A stretch of DNA of 52,356 nt, taken from an uncultured bacterium. Its GTDB lineage: Bacteria; JAJVIF01; JAPKYR01. Under the pieces are notes generated by a model that worked only from the letters and a program-made list of their open reading frames with translations, searched no databases and had not been told where the DNA came from. The stretch is taken from contig CBDURU010000013.1 of the NCBI GenBank assembly GCA_965369865.1, positions 1-52,356 of the forward strand, written 5' to 3'. The translations under genes and the position numbers were made by a program. Below, piece after piece: positions 17,965-27,629 of the stretch (positions within the stretch are counted from its first letter, which is position 1; every line of letters starts with the position of its first letter).

Positions 17965-19833
17965 ATGCCGGTTACAAAAATTCCAAAAGATAAGCTTGAG
18001 AAACTGCTCGACTCCATGCCCTCAAAACCCGGTTGCTACATCATGCGCGGGGACGGGGGAAAGATCCTTTATATCGGCAAAGCGAAAGTCCTGAAAAACC
18101 GTGTACGGTCTTATTTCCATGATTCGGGTAACCATCCAAGACGCACCCGACGCATGGTCTGGCAGATCCGGGATATCGATATCATAATCACCCAGACCGA
18201 GCTAGAGGCGCTCACACTCGAAGCCACTCTCGTTAAGCAACACCAGCCGTATTATAACGTCCGTTTGAAGGACGATAAATCCTATCCGTATGTAAAGATC
18301 ACATACGGGGAAAAATTCCCGAGAGTGGTGCTGGCACGCGACCTGACACGCGATCCGGACGCCCGTTATTACGGGCCGTTCTCCGCCCTGACTGTGCGCA
18401 GGGCACTCGAAATTATCCATGACACTTTCAAGCTAAGGGAATGTCATGACGATCTTGAGAAGCAGAAACGAAGGCCGTGTCTTCAATACCAGATAGGACG
18501 GTGCCTTGGACCGTGCATTGGCGAGTGCGATCAGGATGAGTATCTCAGGATGATTTCCGATATTGAAATGTTCCTGAAAGGAGAGGGGGAGAAACTAGCC
18601 GAACGGCTTGAAAAGGAGATGGTTGAGGCCAGTAAGGACATGGATTTCGAACGGGCCGCGGACCTCCGTGATCAGGCAGGGGCGATAAGAGACGTAACCG
18701 AGAAGCAGCTTGTTGTGCTCGACCGCTACATCGACCAGGATTACATCGCCATCGCGCTTGGATGGGGGCGTGCCCTGGTAACAATGTTTTTCGTGCGCGG
18801 CGGGAAACTGGTCGGGAAAGATAATTTCGCCATGACAGGTACAACGGGAAGTGAAAACGAAAGGGCCGAGAGCCTGTACGCGTTCATCAGGCATTACTAT
18901 TCCAGGGCAGGTGTAATTCCACGGGAAATTTATATCGATAACGATCCGGGTGAAATAAAAGTGCTCCAGGAATGGCTTGCGGAACTGAGGGGTGGATCGG
19001 TGAAAATCAGGGTCCCGCAGCGCGGCGACAAGCTCAAAATCCTCGAAATGGTCCGTGATAACGCTAAAATCGAGCTTGAGGCGATATTTAAAAAGGAGGA
19101 GGACGAGGATAAACGCCTGGGTGAAGCGCTCAAGGAAATAAAAAAAGTGCTGCATTTGCCGAAACGGCCGCGATGGATCGAGTGCTATGATGTTAGCAAC
19201 CTGGGAGTGGATAACCGCCAGCGTACCGCTACTGTCAGCCGTGTGGTATATGTGGAGGGTAAGCCTTCAAAGGACGATTACAGAAGGTATCGCATAAAGC
19301 ATGTGGACACGCAGGATGATTACGCGATGATGCGTGAAGCGATATTGAGAAGGCTGAACGAGTTCAGGGAGGAGCCTGAAGAGGCAAGCCGAATCGGGCT
19401 GATGCTTCTGGATGGAGGAAAAGGACACCTGGGAATTGTGTGGAAGCTCTTACATAATTCTGGATTTGATGATAAAATATCATTAGCTGCTCTCGCGAAG
19501 CGTGAGGAACAATTGTATATCCCGGGCAGGGAATCGCCAATAAAACTGCCGGAGAGTTCAAAGGCACGAAAGCTGTTGACAGAAATAAGAGACGAAGCCC
19601 ATAGATTCGCGAATCGCTACAGGGTGGTTCTTGAGAGGAAAAGATTAGAAGATAATATACTGAACCGAATACCCGGCGTAGGACCGAAACGAAAGGAGAT
19701 ACTTCTCCAGCGTTTCGGCAGCGTAAAGAAGTTAAGCAAAGCAACCGTTAAACAAATCGCCGAAATCGATGGCATCGGCGAAGAAACCGCTAAGGCCATA
19801 CTGGATGGTCTGAAGCTGGAAAAAAAGCAATAA
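17965..19833 (+). CDS. uvrC: Excinuclease ABC subunit C
   Basis: GIY-YIG (PGCY..LYIGKAKVLKNRVRSYF), YNVRLKDDKSYPY, FERAA.LRDQ, LLDGGKG, IRDEAHRFA, HhH IPGVG. Confidence 0.97.
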   Translation: MPVTKIPKDKLEKLLDSMPSKPGCYIMRGDGGKILYIGKAKVLKNRVRSYFHDSGNHPRRTRRMVWQIRDIDIIITQTELEALTLEATLVKQHQPYYNVRLKDDKSYPYVKITYGEKFPRVVLARDLTRDPDARYYGPFSALTVRRALEIIHDTFKLRECHDDLEKQKRRPCLQYQIGRCLGPCIGECDQDEYLRMISDIEMFLKGEGEKLAERLEKEMVEASKDMDFERAADLRDQAGAIRDVTEKQLVVLDRYIDQDYIAIALGWGRALVTMFFVRGGKLVGKDNFAMTGTTGSENERAESLYAFIRHYYSRAGVIPREIYIDNDPGEIKVLQEWLAELRGGSVKIRVPQRGDKLKILEMVRDNAKIELEAIFKKEEDEDKRLGEALKEIKKVLHLPKRPRWIECYDVSNLGVDNRQRTATVSRVVYVEGKPSKDDYRRYRIKHVDTQDDYAMMREAILRRLNEFREEPEEASRIGLMLLDGGKGHLGIVWKLLHNSGFDDKISLAALAKREEQLYIPGRESPIKLPESSKARKLLTEIRDEAHRFANRYRVVLERKRLEDNILNRIPGVGPKRKEILLQRFGSVKKLSKATVKQIAEIDGIGEETAKAILDGLKLEKKQ

Positions 19834-19963
19834 TACGACGGGCTTCAGTAGACGGCGAAGGTGAGATTCGGACGGAATCGAACCTGATAATCCTCACAAG
19901 ACGCATCCCCAGGGACAGGGGACGTGCAAAGTTTTTAAATAATTTATCGAAGGAGGGATTACC

Positions 19964-20323
19964 ATGCTGTTGTGGGCGTTGTTAGGCATTATACTCATTG
20001 CGGTGATATGGGCGTTAATCTCGGCTTCCGGTAACAAGGCTACTGCGGCTAAGGAAACAGCCTACGAAGCTCCAGCGCCGGAAATTATCGAACCCGAAAA
20101 AATCAAGTTCAACAGGACCGACAGCTGGGAGGAAACCACTAAGGCGACTGTGAGCAAGAATTTCGGCAAAGGCGGTGCTCCTACCGGAATATCGAGGGAT
20201 TCCGGAGGCCTGGCGACATCCGGTGATGATGACATTGAGATGTTGAAGAACGCACAGGCATTTGAGCCCAGGGTGATCGCGAATCTGAATCTTGAGCCGG
20301 ACGAGGAATTTGAGAAAGTTTAA
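19964..20323 (+). CDS. Hypothetical protein with N-terminal membrane anchor
   Basis: AAGGAGG RBS, hydrophobic first ~20 aa, acidic remainder. Confidence 0.75.
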   Translation: MLLWALLGIILIAVIWALISASGNKATAAKETAYEAPAPEIIEPEKIKFNRTDSWEETTKATVSKNFGKGGAPTGISRDSGGLATSGDDDIEMLKNAQAFEPRVIANLNLEPDEEFEKV

Positions 20324-20398
20324 TTAATTTCTTTAATACCTGAATCAGGTTATGTCCGGTATTGAGGATGGAAAATTTCTGGGTGTAAACCCTTTAAC

Positions 20399-20430
20399 AA
20401 TCCGCGTGTATTTTCATGCGGGTTTTTTTT
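20399..20430 (+). terminator. Rho-independent terminator
   Basis: AATCCGCGTG-loop-CATGCGGGTT followed by a T run. Confidence 0.65.
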
Positions 20431-20548
20431 AACGATCTGGCATAGTGCCGATTAAGCTTGTTTTCGTACAGCAGCACGTCCCGGATGCACTAATTATTTG
20501 TGATTGGTCTTAAGACTAATCACATTAATTAAATATCGATTTGCATCA

Positions 20549-20600
20549 GCCCCTCCTAAAACCTGCCTTCGCTGGCGCTCAGGCCGATTTTACGAGGGGC
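20549..20600. repeat. REP-like palindrome between convergent genes
   Basis: GCCCCTCCTAAAA ... TTTTACGAGGGGC enclosing an inner GCCTTCGCTGGCGCTCAGGC hairpin. Confidence 0.55.
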
Positions 20601-20659
20601 CACCATGAGAACTCCGGAAATACAGTTAGTAAAAACTTACGTGTTAAGTGTGGTTGGCC

Positions 20660-20965
20660 TTAAATCACCCCTCCTCCGAGTGCTAGACGGAGAACACTTA
20701 TCACAAACGCTCCGGACCCGAGCACAATTCCGATCACACCCAGCGTTTTAGTGTCCTCATTGGCAGCCCCGAGAATGCTGATGACTATTCCAAAAAGAAT
20801 AAATGGAATTATCAGCCAGTTTGCCCATCCGAGGAGCGGAATCAGGAAAACGAACGAGAGGATCAAGCCGACTGTGCCCCATATAATACCGATAATTCCC
20901 AGCGTGCCCGTAAAGATTCCCCCGATTATTCTGAAAACTGCCATTTTATTTTCCTCCGTGGTCAT
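20660..20965 (-). CDS. Small Gly/Ile-rich membrane protein
   Basis: About three TM segments, with IPLLGWANW. Start may be the second Met, which follows GGAGG. Confidence 0.75.
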   Translation of the reverse strand: MTTEENKMAVFRIIGGIFTGTLGIIGIIWGTVGLILSFVFLIPLLGWANWLIIPFILFGIVISILGAANEDTKTLGVIGIVLGSGAFVISVLRLALGGGVI

Positions 20966-21077
20966 AGTTACAACAGAACCTCAATAAATGAGCTTCACAT
21001 ATATGATAGCAAATACGTAATTTTGTTCCATGAATTTCAGGAATTTTTAAATCATTAAGACCCGCCTTTTATGGTGG

Positions 21078-21752
21078 GTGAATTTGATTATATCCGCTAT
21101 AATATTACCTATGTTGCAGGAAAGCGTAACCACGATGGTGGTGACAGGGGACTCGATTAACGAGGACCTTCGACCCCACATCTTCAATGAAGCGACAGTA
21201 CGCGCCGGTATCAAGGCGAGTTTTGTCGAGTATTCAGGACCCGGCGGTACCGACAGGCTGGCCGGACCGGTCCTCCTTTACAACACAGCGATGTCCGGTC
21301 ACACGATCAATATGATCGAATCGCGATTTCGTCGTGACTGCATCCGTTTTAACCCGAAAATCGCAGTCGTCAATGGCGGCACCAACGATCTTTATGGCAG
21401 GGACACGACCGAAACCGAATTCCTCTCATCCTGGAAAAGTATCCTCGACCAGTGCAGGGATAACGGGATTATCGCTGCAGTACTTGGGATTGTGCCCGCG
21501 TCGATGTTCCCCGATGACATCATGAAAAAACGCGACCATTGGAATTCCGGCCTTAAAGCAATGGTTAAAAGTTACGATGGATTTATTTACATAAATGCCG
21601 ACCCATATGTCGGCACACATCGGGCGACCGGACCCCAGGATAATATTTGGGATATCCGTAAGGAGTGTGACCTCGACGGGGTCCATTACAGCAATGAGGG
21701 ATCGGTAAAAATCGCGTATGCGATCCTGGATGCGATCGGGGAATTGCTATAG
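21078..21752 (+). CDS. SGNH/GDSL hydrolase
   Basis: TGDSI (block I), GGTND (III), DGVH (V). Confidence 0.85.
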   Translation: MNLIISAIILPMLQESVTTMVVTGDSINEDLRPHIFNEATVRAGIKASFVEYSGPGGTDRLAGPVLLYNTAMSGHTINMIESRFRRDCIRFNPKIAVVNGGTNDLYGRDTTETEFLSSWKSILDQCRDNGIIAAVLGIVPASMFPDDIMKKRDHWNSGLKAMVKSYDGFIYINADPYVGTHRATGPQDNIWDIRKECDLDGVHYSNEGSVKIAYAILDAIGELL

Positions 21753-21828
21753 CTACTCGGTTCCCATGCCGGTGTTTATCCATCTCCTTTAACTACGCTA
21801 TAATATCAGGTGATTTTGTGTCGCGATT

Positions 21829-23136
21829 ATGCCTGAAACAGACCTGAAAAGACCCGAAGCGAAGAATTCTTCCGACAAGCAAACCACCGGGATTGGTAAA
21901 CTTGTCGGGCTGATCTTTCTTTCCCTCCTTTTTATCGGTATCGCTATCGCCAGGATCAACAGTATCCCGGTAATTGTAAACGATGTATTCCCGCGAAACA
22001 CAGACCTTGTTCCTGTAGGCTGTTACCCCAGGATTGTCACCCAGGGGCCTGGTCTCGGCACGAACGGGGAGCAGATCAGGGAATTTCTCTTCAATGGCCA
22101 CCAGCTCAGGATTCGCCAGAACGGGACAATCGAGAAGGTCGAATTTTATGTTAACGATTTAACCGGTACGGACGGACTGTTCATCAGCATCTGGCGTAAA
22201 AATGACAACGGTTTCGACCGTGTCGGGGAATCCGAAAACCTTGCCGCGAAACTTGCTGAGGGTGAAATTAACTCAATTGAACTCGAACGTCCGATCCAGG
22301 GTGTCAGGGAGGGAGATTTTTACGGGATTCGGATCACCCAGGATGGTCCCGCCGAAACATTTCAATTGACACTTCGGGAAGATGTCCCCCGGGCACAGAC
22401 ATACTGGTTCGATTCAAACCCGGGAAACGTAAGCGTGGACTGGGAGGGTCAGGCGGACGGGACAGGGCCCGGGGACGCGGCGATTCCGGTCAGGCTTTAC
22501 ATGCAGGCCCCGCTGTTCGTATTTATTGGCGATTCGATCCTTGCGGGATTCCCGCATTGCCGGGCTTTTATCGAGGAGGAAGTACGTAACGGTTTCAAGT
22601 ATGGAATGCCGTACCTGGTGAGCAATGCGTTGCAGGTAACTTACCAGAACATGGGGGTTACCGGGCAGAAAATCGGTGAGATTGAAGAACGGTTCCAGGC
22701 CGACTGCATCGACTTAAAACCTAGAGTGGTTGTTGTGCTCGCAGGAGTCAATGATGTAACGCCGGAAAGCATTGATGAAGATTATTTTCAGTCGTGGGAT
22801 CACATTCTGACTATGCTTGAAGAGGCGGAAATCAGGGCGGTGATTTTCAATATTCTCCCCTCGACTGCCGGTACTGTCGATGAACTCAGAAAGCGTGATA
22901 GCTGGAACGCGATGATTAAGTCCATGGTCGAGAGTAGGGGATTTATCTGGATAGACGGCGATCGGGGTGTCGGCGCAGAGCGTAAGGAGGGCGATCCAGG
23001 GAATTTATGGGACTTGAGACCGGCCTACGATCACGATGGGCTTCATTACACAAGGGCTGGCTACGCGAAAATCGCAGAATTGACATTGGACGCCCTTGAG
23101 GAACTGGGTTATTACCGCAGGGGTCTGATTTTTTAG
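21829..23136 (+). CDS. Membrane-anchored SGNH/GDSL hydrolase with extra N-terminal beta domain
   Basis: N-terminal TM helix; IGDSI, NMGVTG, AGVND and DGLH motifs. Confidence 0.87.
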   Translation: MPETDLKRPEAKNSSDKQTTGIGKLVGLIFLSLLFIGIAIARINSIPVIVNDVFPRNTDLVPVGCYPRIVTQGPGLGTNGEQIREFLFNGHQLRIRQNGTIEKVEFYVNDLTGTDGLFISIWRKNDNGFDRVGESENLAAKLAEGEINSIELERPIQGVREGDFYGIRITQDGPAETFQLTLREDVPRAQTYWFDSNPGNVSVDWEGQADGTGPGDAAIPVRLYMQAPLFVFIGDSILAGFPHCRAFIEEEVRNGFKYGMPYLVSNALQVTYQNMGVTGQKIGEIEERFQADCIDLKPRVVVVLAGVNDVTPESIDEDYFQSWDHILTMLEEAEIRAVIFNILPSTAGTVDELRKRDSWNAMIKSMVESRGFIWIDGDRGVGAERKEGDPGNLWDLRPAYDHDGLHYTRAGYAKIAELTLDALEELGYYRRGLIF

Positions 23137-23182
23137 ACCAATCCTGTTAAATAAAAATTGATTGGACATATTTAGAATTTAG

Positions 23183-23222
23183 GGGGACACCTGCTTTTCG
23201 ACGGGCGAAAAGAGGTGTCCCC
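23183..23222. terminator. Strong hairpin between convergent genes (terminator or REP-like)
   Basis: GGGGACACCT-G-CTTTTCG / CGAAAAG-AGGTGTCCCC. Confidence 0.55.
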
Positions 23223-23289
23223 GATCTCGTATCAATATTTAATTAATAGGATTGGTCTTAGTTTCGGCTTGAATCGCTTGTATATCAAA

Positions 23290-24075
23290 CTACCTGACGC
23301 GATTAATGTTGTGGAGAATCTTAAGGCCTTTCAGTGTAAGGTCGGGTTCGACATGCTGGATTACGTCGGTAGCTTGGGCGATAGTCTCAATAATTCCACC
23401 GGTACCGATAACAGAGGCATCGTCCCCGAGAACCTTCCTGAACCTCCGGACCATGCCTTCAATAACAGACACGTACCCGTTTATCGCTCCGGACTGCAGG
23501 CTTTCCTCCGTGGACCGGCCGATCGCGGGGACAGGACCCTTGAATTCGATCATGCTCAGGAGTGCCGCACCTCGCGTAAGAGCTGAGTACGAGGTGTCGA
23601 TACCCGGGAATATGGCTCCCCCAAGGTATTCCTTTTCACGGCCGATCGCACAGAAAGTGAGGGCGGTGCCGAAATCAAGGATTATCTGGGGGGAGGGGTA
23701 AAGGTGAGTTCCCGCTACGGCATTAACGATCCTGTCCGCACCCACCTTCCGTGGGTCGTCGAACTTAATGGGGAGTTCGGTTTTGATTCCGGGTCCGACC
23801 ACCAGCGGCTCAAGCCCGAAGTACATTTCAGATACCGATCGGAATGTCGCGGTGAGCGAAGGAACTACCGATGAAAGCACTATACCCGTAATATGGTGAA
23901 TGGCGTCCGAGTCGTCGGTTTCAGGTTTCAGGGTAAGAATATTAGTGAGTAATGAGCCGTACTCATCGGCGGTTTTGCGATTGTCGGTAGCGATACGAGC
24001 CTTGGCGGTAATATTTTCCCGTTTGAAGACACCACAGACAATATTAGTATTTCCTATATCAATCGCGAGGAGCAT
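23290..24075 (-). CDS. coaX: Type III pantothenate kinase
   Basis: LLAIDIGNTN, SSVVP, VGADR, ILDFGTA, GGAIFPG and TGG motifs. Confidence 0.95.
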   Translation of the reverse strand: MLLAIDIGNTNIVCGVFKRENITAKARIATDNRKTADEYGSLLTNILTLKPETDDSDAIHHITGIVLSSVVPSLTATFRSVSEMYFGLEPLVVGPGIKTELPIKFDDPRKVGADRIVNAVAGTHLYPSPQIILDFGTALTFCAIGREKEYLGGAIFPGIDTSYSALTRGAALLSMIEFKGPVPAIGRSTEESLQSGAINGYVSVIEGMVRRFRKVLGDDASVIGTGGIIETIAQATDVIQHVEPDLTLKGLKILHNINRVR

Positions 24076-24084
24076 GGATCCGGA

Positions 24085-24387
24085 TCACTGGAGTTCATTT
24101 TGCATAGTGCGATAATAACTACGTTCTTCTTCAAGTTCATCAATAACCGGCTTGATTTTTTCGTAGTCATCCTGGAGGTTCTTAAGTTCGGATTTCAGGT
24201 TTTTTATGCGGCCGTTAAAACTAAGATGTTCCGCTTTTTGAAGTACTTCAAGACGGTATTCGAGAGACATTATACGTTTTTCAAAATTCCTTCCACCGGT
24301 TATTTCCTCGATCTGACTGGTGAGGTCAGTGATATAATTTTCCAGGAACTGGATATGATCCTGGCGATGTCTGATGTCGTCTACCAC
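24085..24387 (-). CDS. Hypothetical coiled-coil protein
   Basis: 100-aa heptad-rich ORF with AAAGGA RBS, ending 9 nt before coaX. Confidence 0.65.
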   Translation of the reverse strand: MVDDIRHRQDHIQFLENYITDLTSQIEEITGGRNFEKRIMSLEYRLEVLQKAEHLSFNGRIKNLKSELKNLQDDYEKIKPVIDELEEERSYYRTMQNELQ

Positions 24388-24488
24388 GTTGTTTTCCTTT
24401 CTGTACCCACCACTAAATATAAACCAGGCGGTCCAGAGATGTTGTATTCAATCATATTAATATCGTTTAATACGCTGCTTTTTCGATA

Positions 24489-25367
24489 CTATTCCTCGAG
24501 TTTTCTGAACTCAACCGACAAATCCGCAGCCGGTGCGGAATGGGTCAGTGAACCAACTTAAATAATATCGACTCCACTTTCAGCCCAGTCCCGTACGGTT
24601 TCAAGTGTGACGCCGCCGGATGCCTCTATAATCACATGGCCACCAACAAGCTGTACTGCTGAGCGGCCATCATCAGGCGTCATGTTGTCAAGCATCACTA
24701 TGTCCGCACCGGCATCAACCGCGCGTTCGACCTGGTCGAGATCGTCCACCTCGACCTCAATTTTCAGGGTGTGACCGATATTTTTCTTAATCAGTTTGAT
24801 GGCGTCCTGGAGGTCGGAACGTATCAGCGCCAGATGGTTGTCTTTCAGCATCACACCCGCCGACAGGTCCGACCGATGGCTCGAGCCTCCCCCGCACCGC
24901 ACCGCGTATTTCTCAAGCGCCCGGAGGCCGGGAATGGTTTTACGGGTATCGACAATTTTGGCCTTCGTCCCGGAGGTTTCAGCTACAAATTTGGATGTAA
25001 GGGTCGCGATCCCGGACAAGTGCGTAAGCAGGTTAAGCGCGGTACGTTCGGCGCGAAGGAGTTTCGCGGCATCCCCTGTGATGCTGACTGGAATGTCACC
25101 TTTACTGTAATGAGTTCCGTCGGGTTTCAACACATTTACAACGAGGTCCGGATCGCTTTTACTCAGAATTCGGATAAACCCGGTGCCCCCGGCGAGCACA
25201 CCGTCGGATTTGGCAAGGACCTCGGCATTTATGCGGACCCCGGAAAGCGGCAGGGAATCCGTTGTGATATCGCCACGGCCGACATCCTCGCTTAACCAGC
25301 GAATGATGTCGTTGTCGATTGTTTCCCATGGAAAATTCGGGATGTTATTGTTGAATTCGAGGGTCAT
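24489..25367 (-). pseudogene. nadC: Nicotinate-nucleotide diphosphorylase with one premature in-frame stop
   Basis: EDVGRGDITT, ERTALN, DTRKTIPGLR, LKDNH, IEVEV, MLDN, EASGG. TAA at 24558-24560 sits in place of Ser; the frame continues VGSLTHSAPAADLSVEF to TAG at 24489. Confidence 0.85.
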
Positions 25368-25416
25368 TTTGGTTATTTGTCCACCGGCATAATGCCGGTG
25401 TTACACAAACGTTGCA

Positions 25417-26217
25417 TCAGGTGCCGATGATTACCGGTTCGGTAAGGTCCCGAATTGTCGCCAGGATTGAATACGCGGCGAGACGGCTTGTCCTGGGATT
25501 TTCCTCGAACGGCACATTCGAGGTTTCCATCACAAGGATTCCGTGGCCGGATTCAACCCGTATTTCATGACGGTTGCGATCGCTTTCCGGATCGGCCCAG
25601 ATCTCAACTTCGGTTCGATCGAGGCCGATTGTCGCGTGCGACAGCGTCGAGGCCACATTGATACTTTTCGGAAATGCCTGTGCGGCCCCTCTCGCGAAAC
25701 CCGAAAATACGCAAATCGGTTTCTTAATATTCAGTAAATCAAACCCCTGCTCCCTGATATATTCTGAAGATGCCAGTGTGCGAGCAGGTTTTGTGGTTAC
25801 CAGTACGACTTTTGTAATGCTTTCAGACGGAATTGCCTTCAAAGCGTCCAGGCCGGAAATCGCACCGGACGGAAGGCGCAACTGTCCGCCGTTTTTTTCC
25901 GCAAGTACACGGTATTCATCGATATCCCCGAGTCCGCCGATACTTGCAATTATCGCTACTTTGCCCCTTTCAAGAGCATGTTTCGCAACCACCGGGGCTG
26001 CGGCAGCGCTTGCGGCCTCAATATATACATCGGTATTTTCCGGGAATTCCGCAAGTGGAAGGTGTAGATCGATCGGGTATCCGTTATCCGTAAGGGCTTT
26101 TATACACACATCGGTATCGATATCAGTAACAGCGACAAGGCTGAACAAAGGGTCGTTTTTAAGTTCCCTGATAAGAAACCCGCCAATCGTTCCTGCGCCG
26201 ATAATTCCGATATTCAT
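25417..26217 (-). CDS. nadX: L-aspartate dehydrogenase
   Basis: GIIGAGTIG, EAAS, PSGAISGLD, FPKSINVA, NRHEI and ENPRTSRLA motifs; lies between nadA and nadC. Confidence 0.9.
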   Translation of the reverse strand: MNIGIIGAGTIGGFLIRELKNDPLFSLVAVTDIDTDVCIKALTDNGYPIDLHLPLAEFPENTDVYIEAASAAAAPVVAKHALERGKVAIIASIGGLGDIDEYRVLAEKNGGQLRLPSGAISGLDALKAIPSESITKVVLVTTKPARTLASSEYIREQGFDLLNIKKPICVFSGFARGAAQAFPKSINVASTLSHATIGLDRTEVEIWADPESDRNRHEIRVESGHGILVMETSNVPFEENPRTSRLAAYSILATIRDLTEPVIIGT

Positions 26218-26283
26218 TTTATTTTTTAATAACCCGTCTTACCCGATCATAAAAGGTGGGACAACCGGTAATTTTACTCAATA

Positions 26284-27183
26284 TTAACCGACAAGCATGT
26301 ACTCGATTGTTTTGATTGCCCTGTTTCGGATGTCTTCCGGAACATCAACCTCGGCTTTTTCGGTTTCGAGAGCATGCAACAGCTTTGCGATTGTGGTTTT
26401 TTTCATGTTCGGGCAGATATTCAGGGCGGACGGTGAATAGAATTTCTTGCCCGGGTTTTCCTTTTTCAGCCGGTGAAGCATGCCCTGTTCGGTAGCGATT
26501 ATGAATTCCTTCGCATGGTTCTCCCGGGCAAATCTCAGCATACCGGATGTACTGGCTATGTGGTCCGACAACTCAATGACCTCGGGAATACATTCGGGAT
26601 GCGACACAACCAGCGCGTTCGGCCATTTCTCACGAGCGAGAATGATGTCTTCCTTTAACATACGATTGTGTGTGGGGCAGAATCCTGAAAAAATATGTAT
26701 AGTACGACCCGTTTCCTGGCGTACATATTTACCAAGGTTTTTATCCGGCAGGAATACAATTTCTTTATCTGCCGGGAGTTCACTTACTATCTTGACCGCG
26801 TTCGCGCTTGTAACACAGAGATCGACTTCTGCTTTTACATCGGACGTGGTGTTGATGTACGCCACGAATACAGCGTCGGGATGTTCCTCCCGCATGTCCC
26901 TGACGGTTTCACCGTCGATCATTTTCGCCATCGGACATATCGCGGCATATTCAGGTGCTATGACTTTCTTGCCAGGCGAGAGAATTTTTGCGGTCTCAGC
27001 CATGAATCGAACACCGCAGAAAACTATCAGGCCTTCCTCGACTCTCGCCGCTGTTTTCGACAATTCCAGGGAGTCCCCGACATAATCCGCTACGTCCTGT
27101 ATTTCAGGAAGCTGGTAGTTATGCGCGAGAATGACCGCATTTTTCTCGCGTTTTAAATCCTGTATTCTTTCCTGGATAGGCAT
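26284..27183 (-). CDS. nadA: Quinolinate synthase
   Basis: ILAHNYQ, GDSLEL, FCGVRFMAETAKIL, CPMA, FCPTH, HPEC and CPNMK motifs. Confidence 0.96.
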   Translation of the reverse strand: MPIQERIQDLKREKNAVILAHNYQLPEIQDVADYVGDSLELSKTAARVEEGLIVFCGVRFMAETAKILSPGKKVIAPEYAAICPMAKMIDGETVRDMREEHPDAVFVAYINTTSDVKAEVDLCVTSANAVKIVSELPADKEIVFLPDKNLGKYVRQETGRTIHIFSGFCPTHNRMLKEDIILAREKWPNALVVSHPECIPEVIELSDHIASTSGMLRFARENHAKEFIIATEQGMLHRLKKENPGKKFYSPSALNICPNMKKTTIAKLLHALETEKAEVDVPEDIRNRAIKTIEYMLVG

Positions 27184-27230
27184 TTATCAAACTCCTTCCT
27201 GATCTTGAGATGGATAAAAAAGCGCTTTCT

Positions 27231-27629
27231 TCAATTCCGGACGACATCCATCGATCGTCCCGGAACCGGAACTTCCTCATCGATAATAGCTTCGATTTCG
27301 TTACCTTCACCAATTATGACCGTTCTCGGTTTTACGACCTCACCTTCCATCAGGTAAGCATACGCGATGATGAGCACTGTGTCACCCGGTTTCGCGAGAA
27401 GTGCCGCACCACCATTGGTACCGACCGTCCTCGATCCCGCAGGGGCTTCGATGACATAGGTCTCAAAGCGATTCCCGTTGTCGACATTGACCACCTGGAC
27501 CTTCTCATACGGGAGAATCCCCGCGGCTTCGATAAGCTCTGAATCAATGGCGATCGATCCAATGTAATCGCGGTCGGCACGGGTCACCGTGCATCGATGT
27601 AATTTTCCAAGCATAAATTGTCTGAACAT
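27231..27629 (-). CDS. panD: Aspartate 1-decarboxylase
   Basis: KLHR.TVT, YIGSIAID (G-S cleavage site), NGNRFETY and NGGAA motifs. Confidence 0.96.
   Translation of the reverse strand: MFRQFMLGKLHRCTVTRADRDYIGSIAIDSELIEAAGILPYEKVQVVNVDNGNRFETYVIEAPAGSRTVGTNGGAALLAKPGDTVLIIAYAYLMEGEVVKPRTVIIGEGNEIEAIIDEEVPVPGRSMDVVRN

Noticed and set aside
19874..19884. tRNA/tmRNA T-loop (GGTTCGATTCC on the minus strand)
   Set aside because: There is no 5-bp T-stem, acceptor stem or cloverleaf around it.
24558..24560. Stop-codon recoding in nadC
   Set aside because: The codon is TAA, used as a normal stop elsewhere here (e.g. uvrC, hslV), and it aligns to Ser rather than Sec or Pyl.
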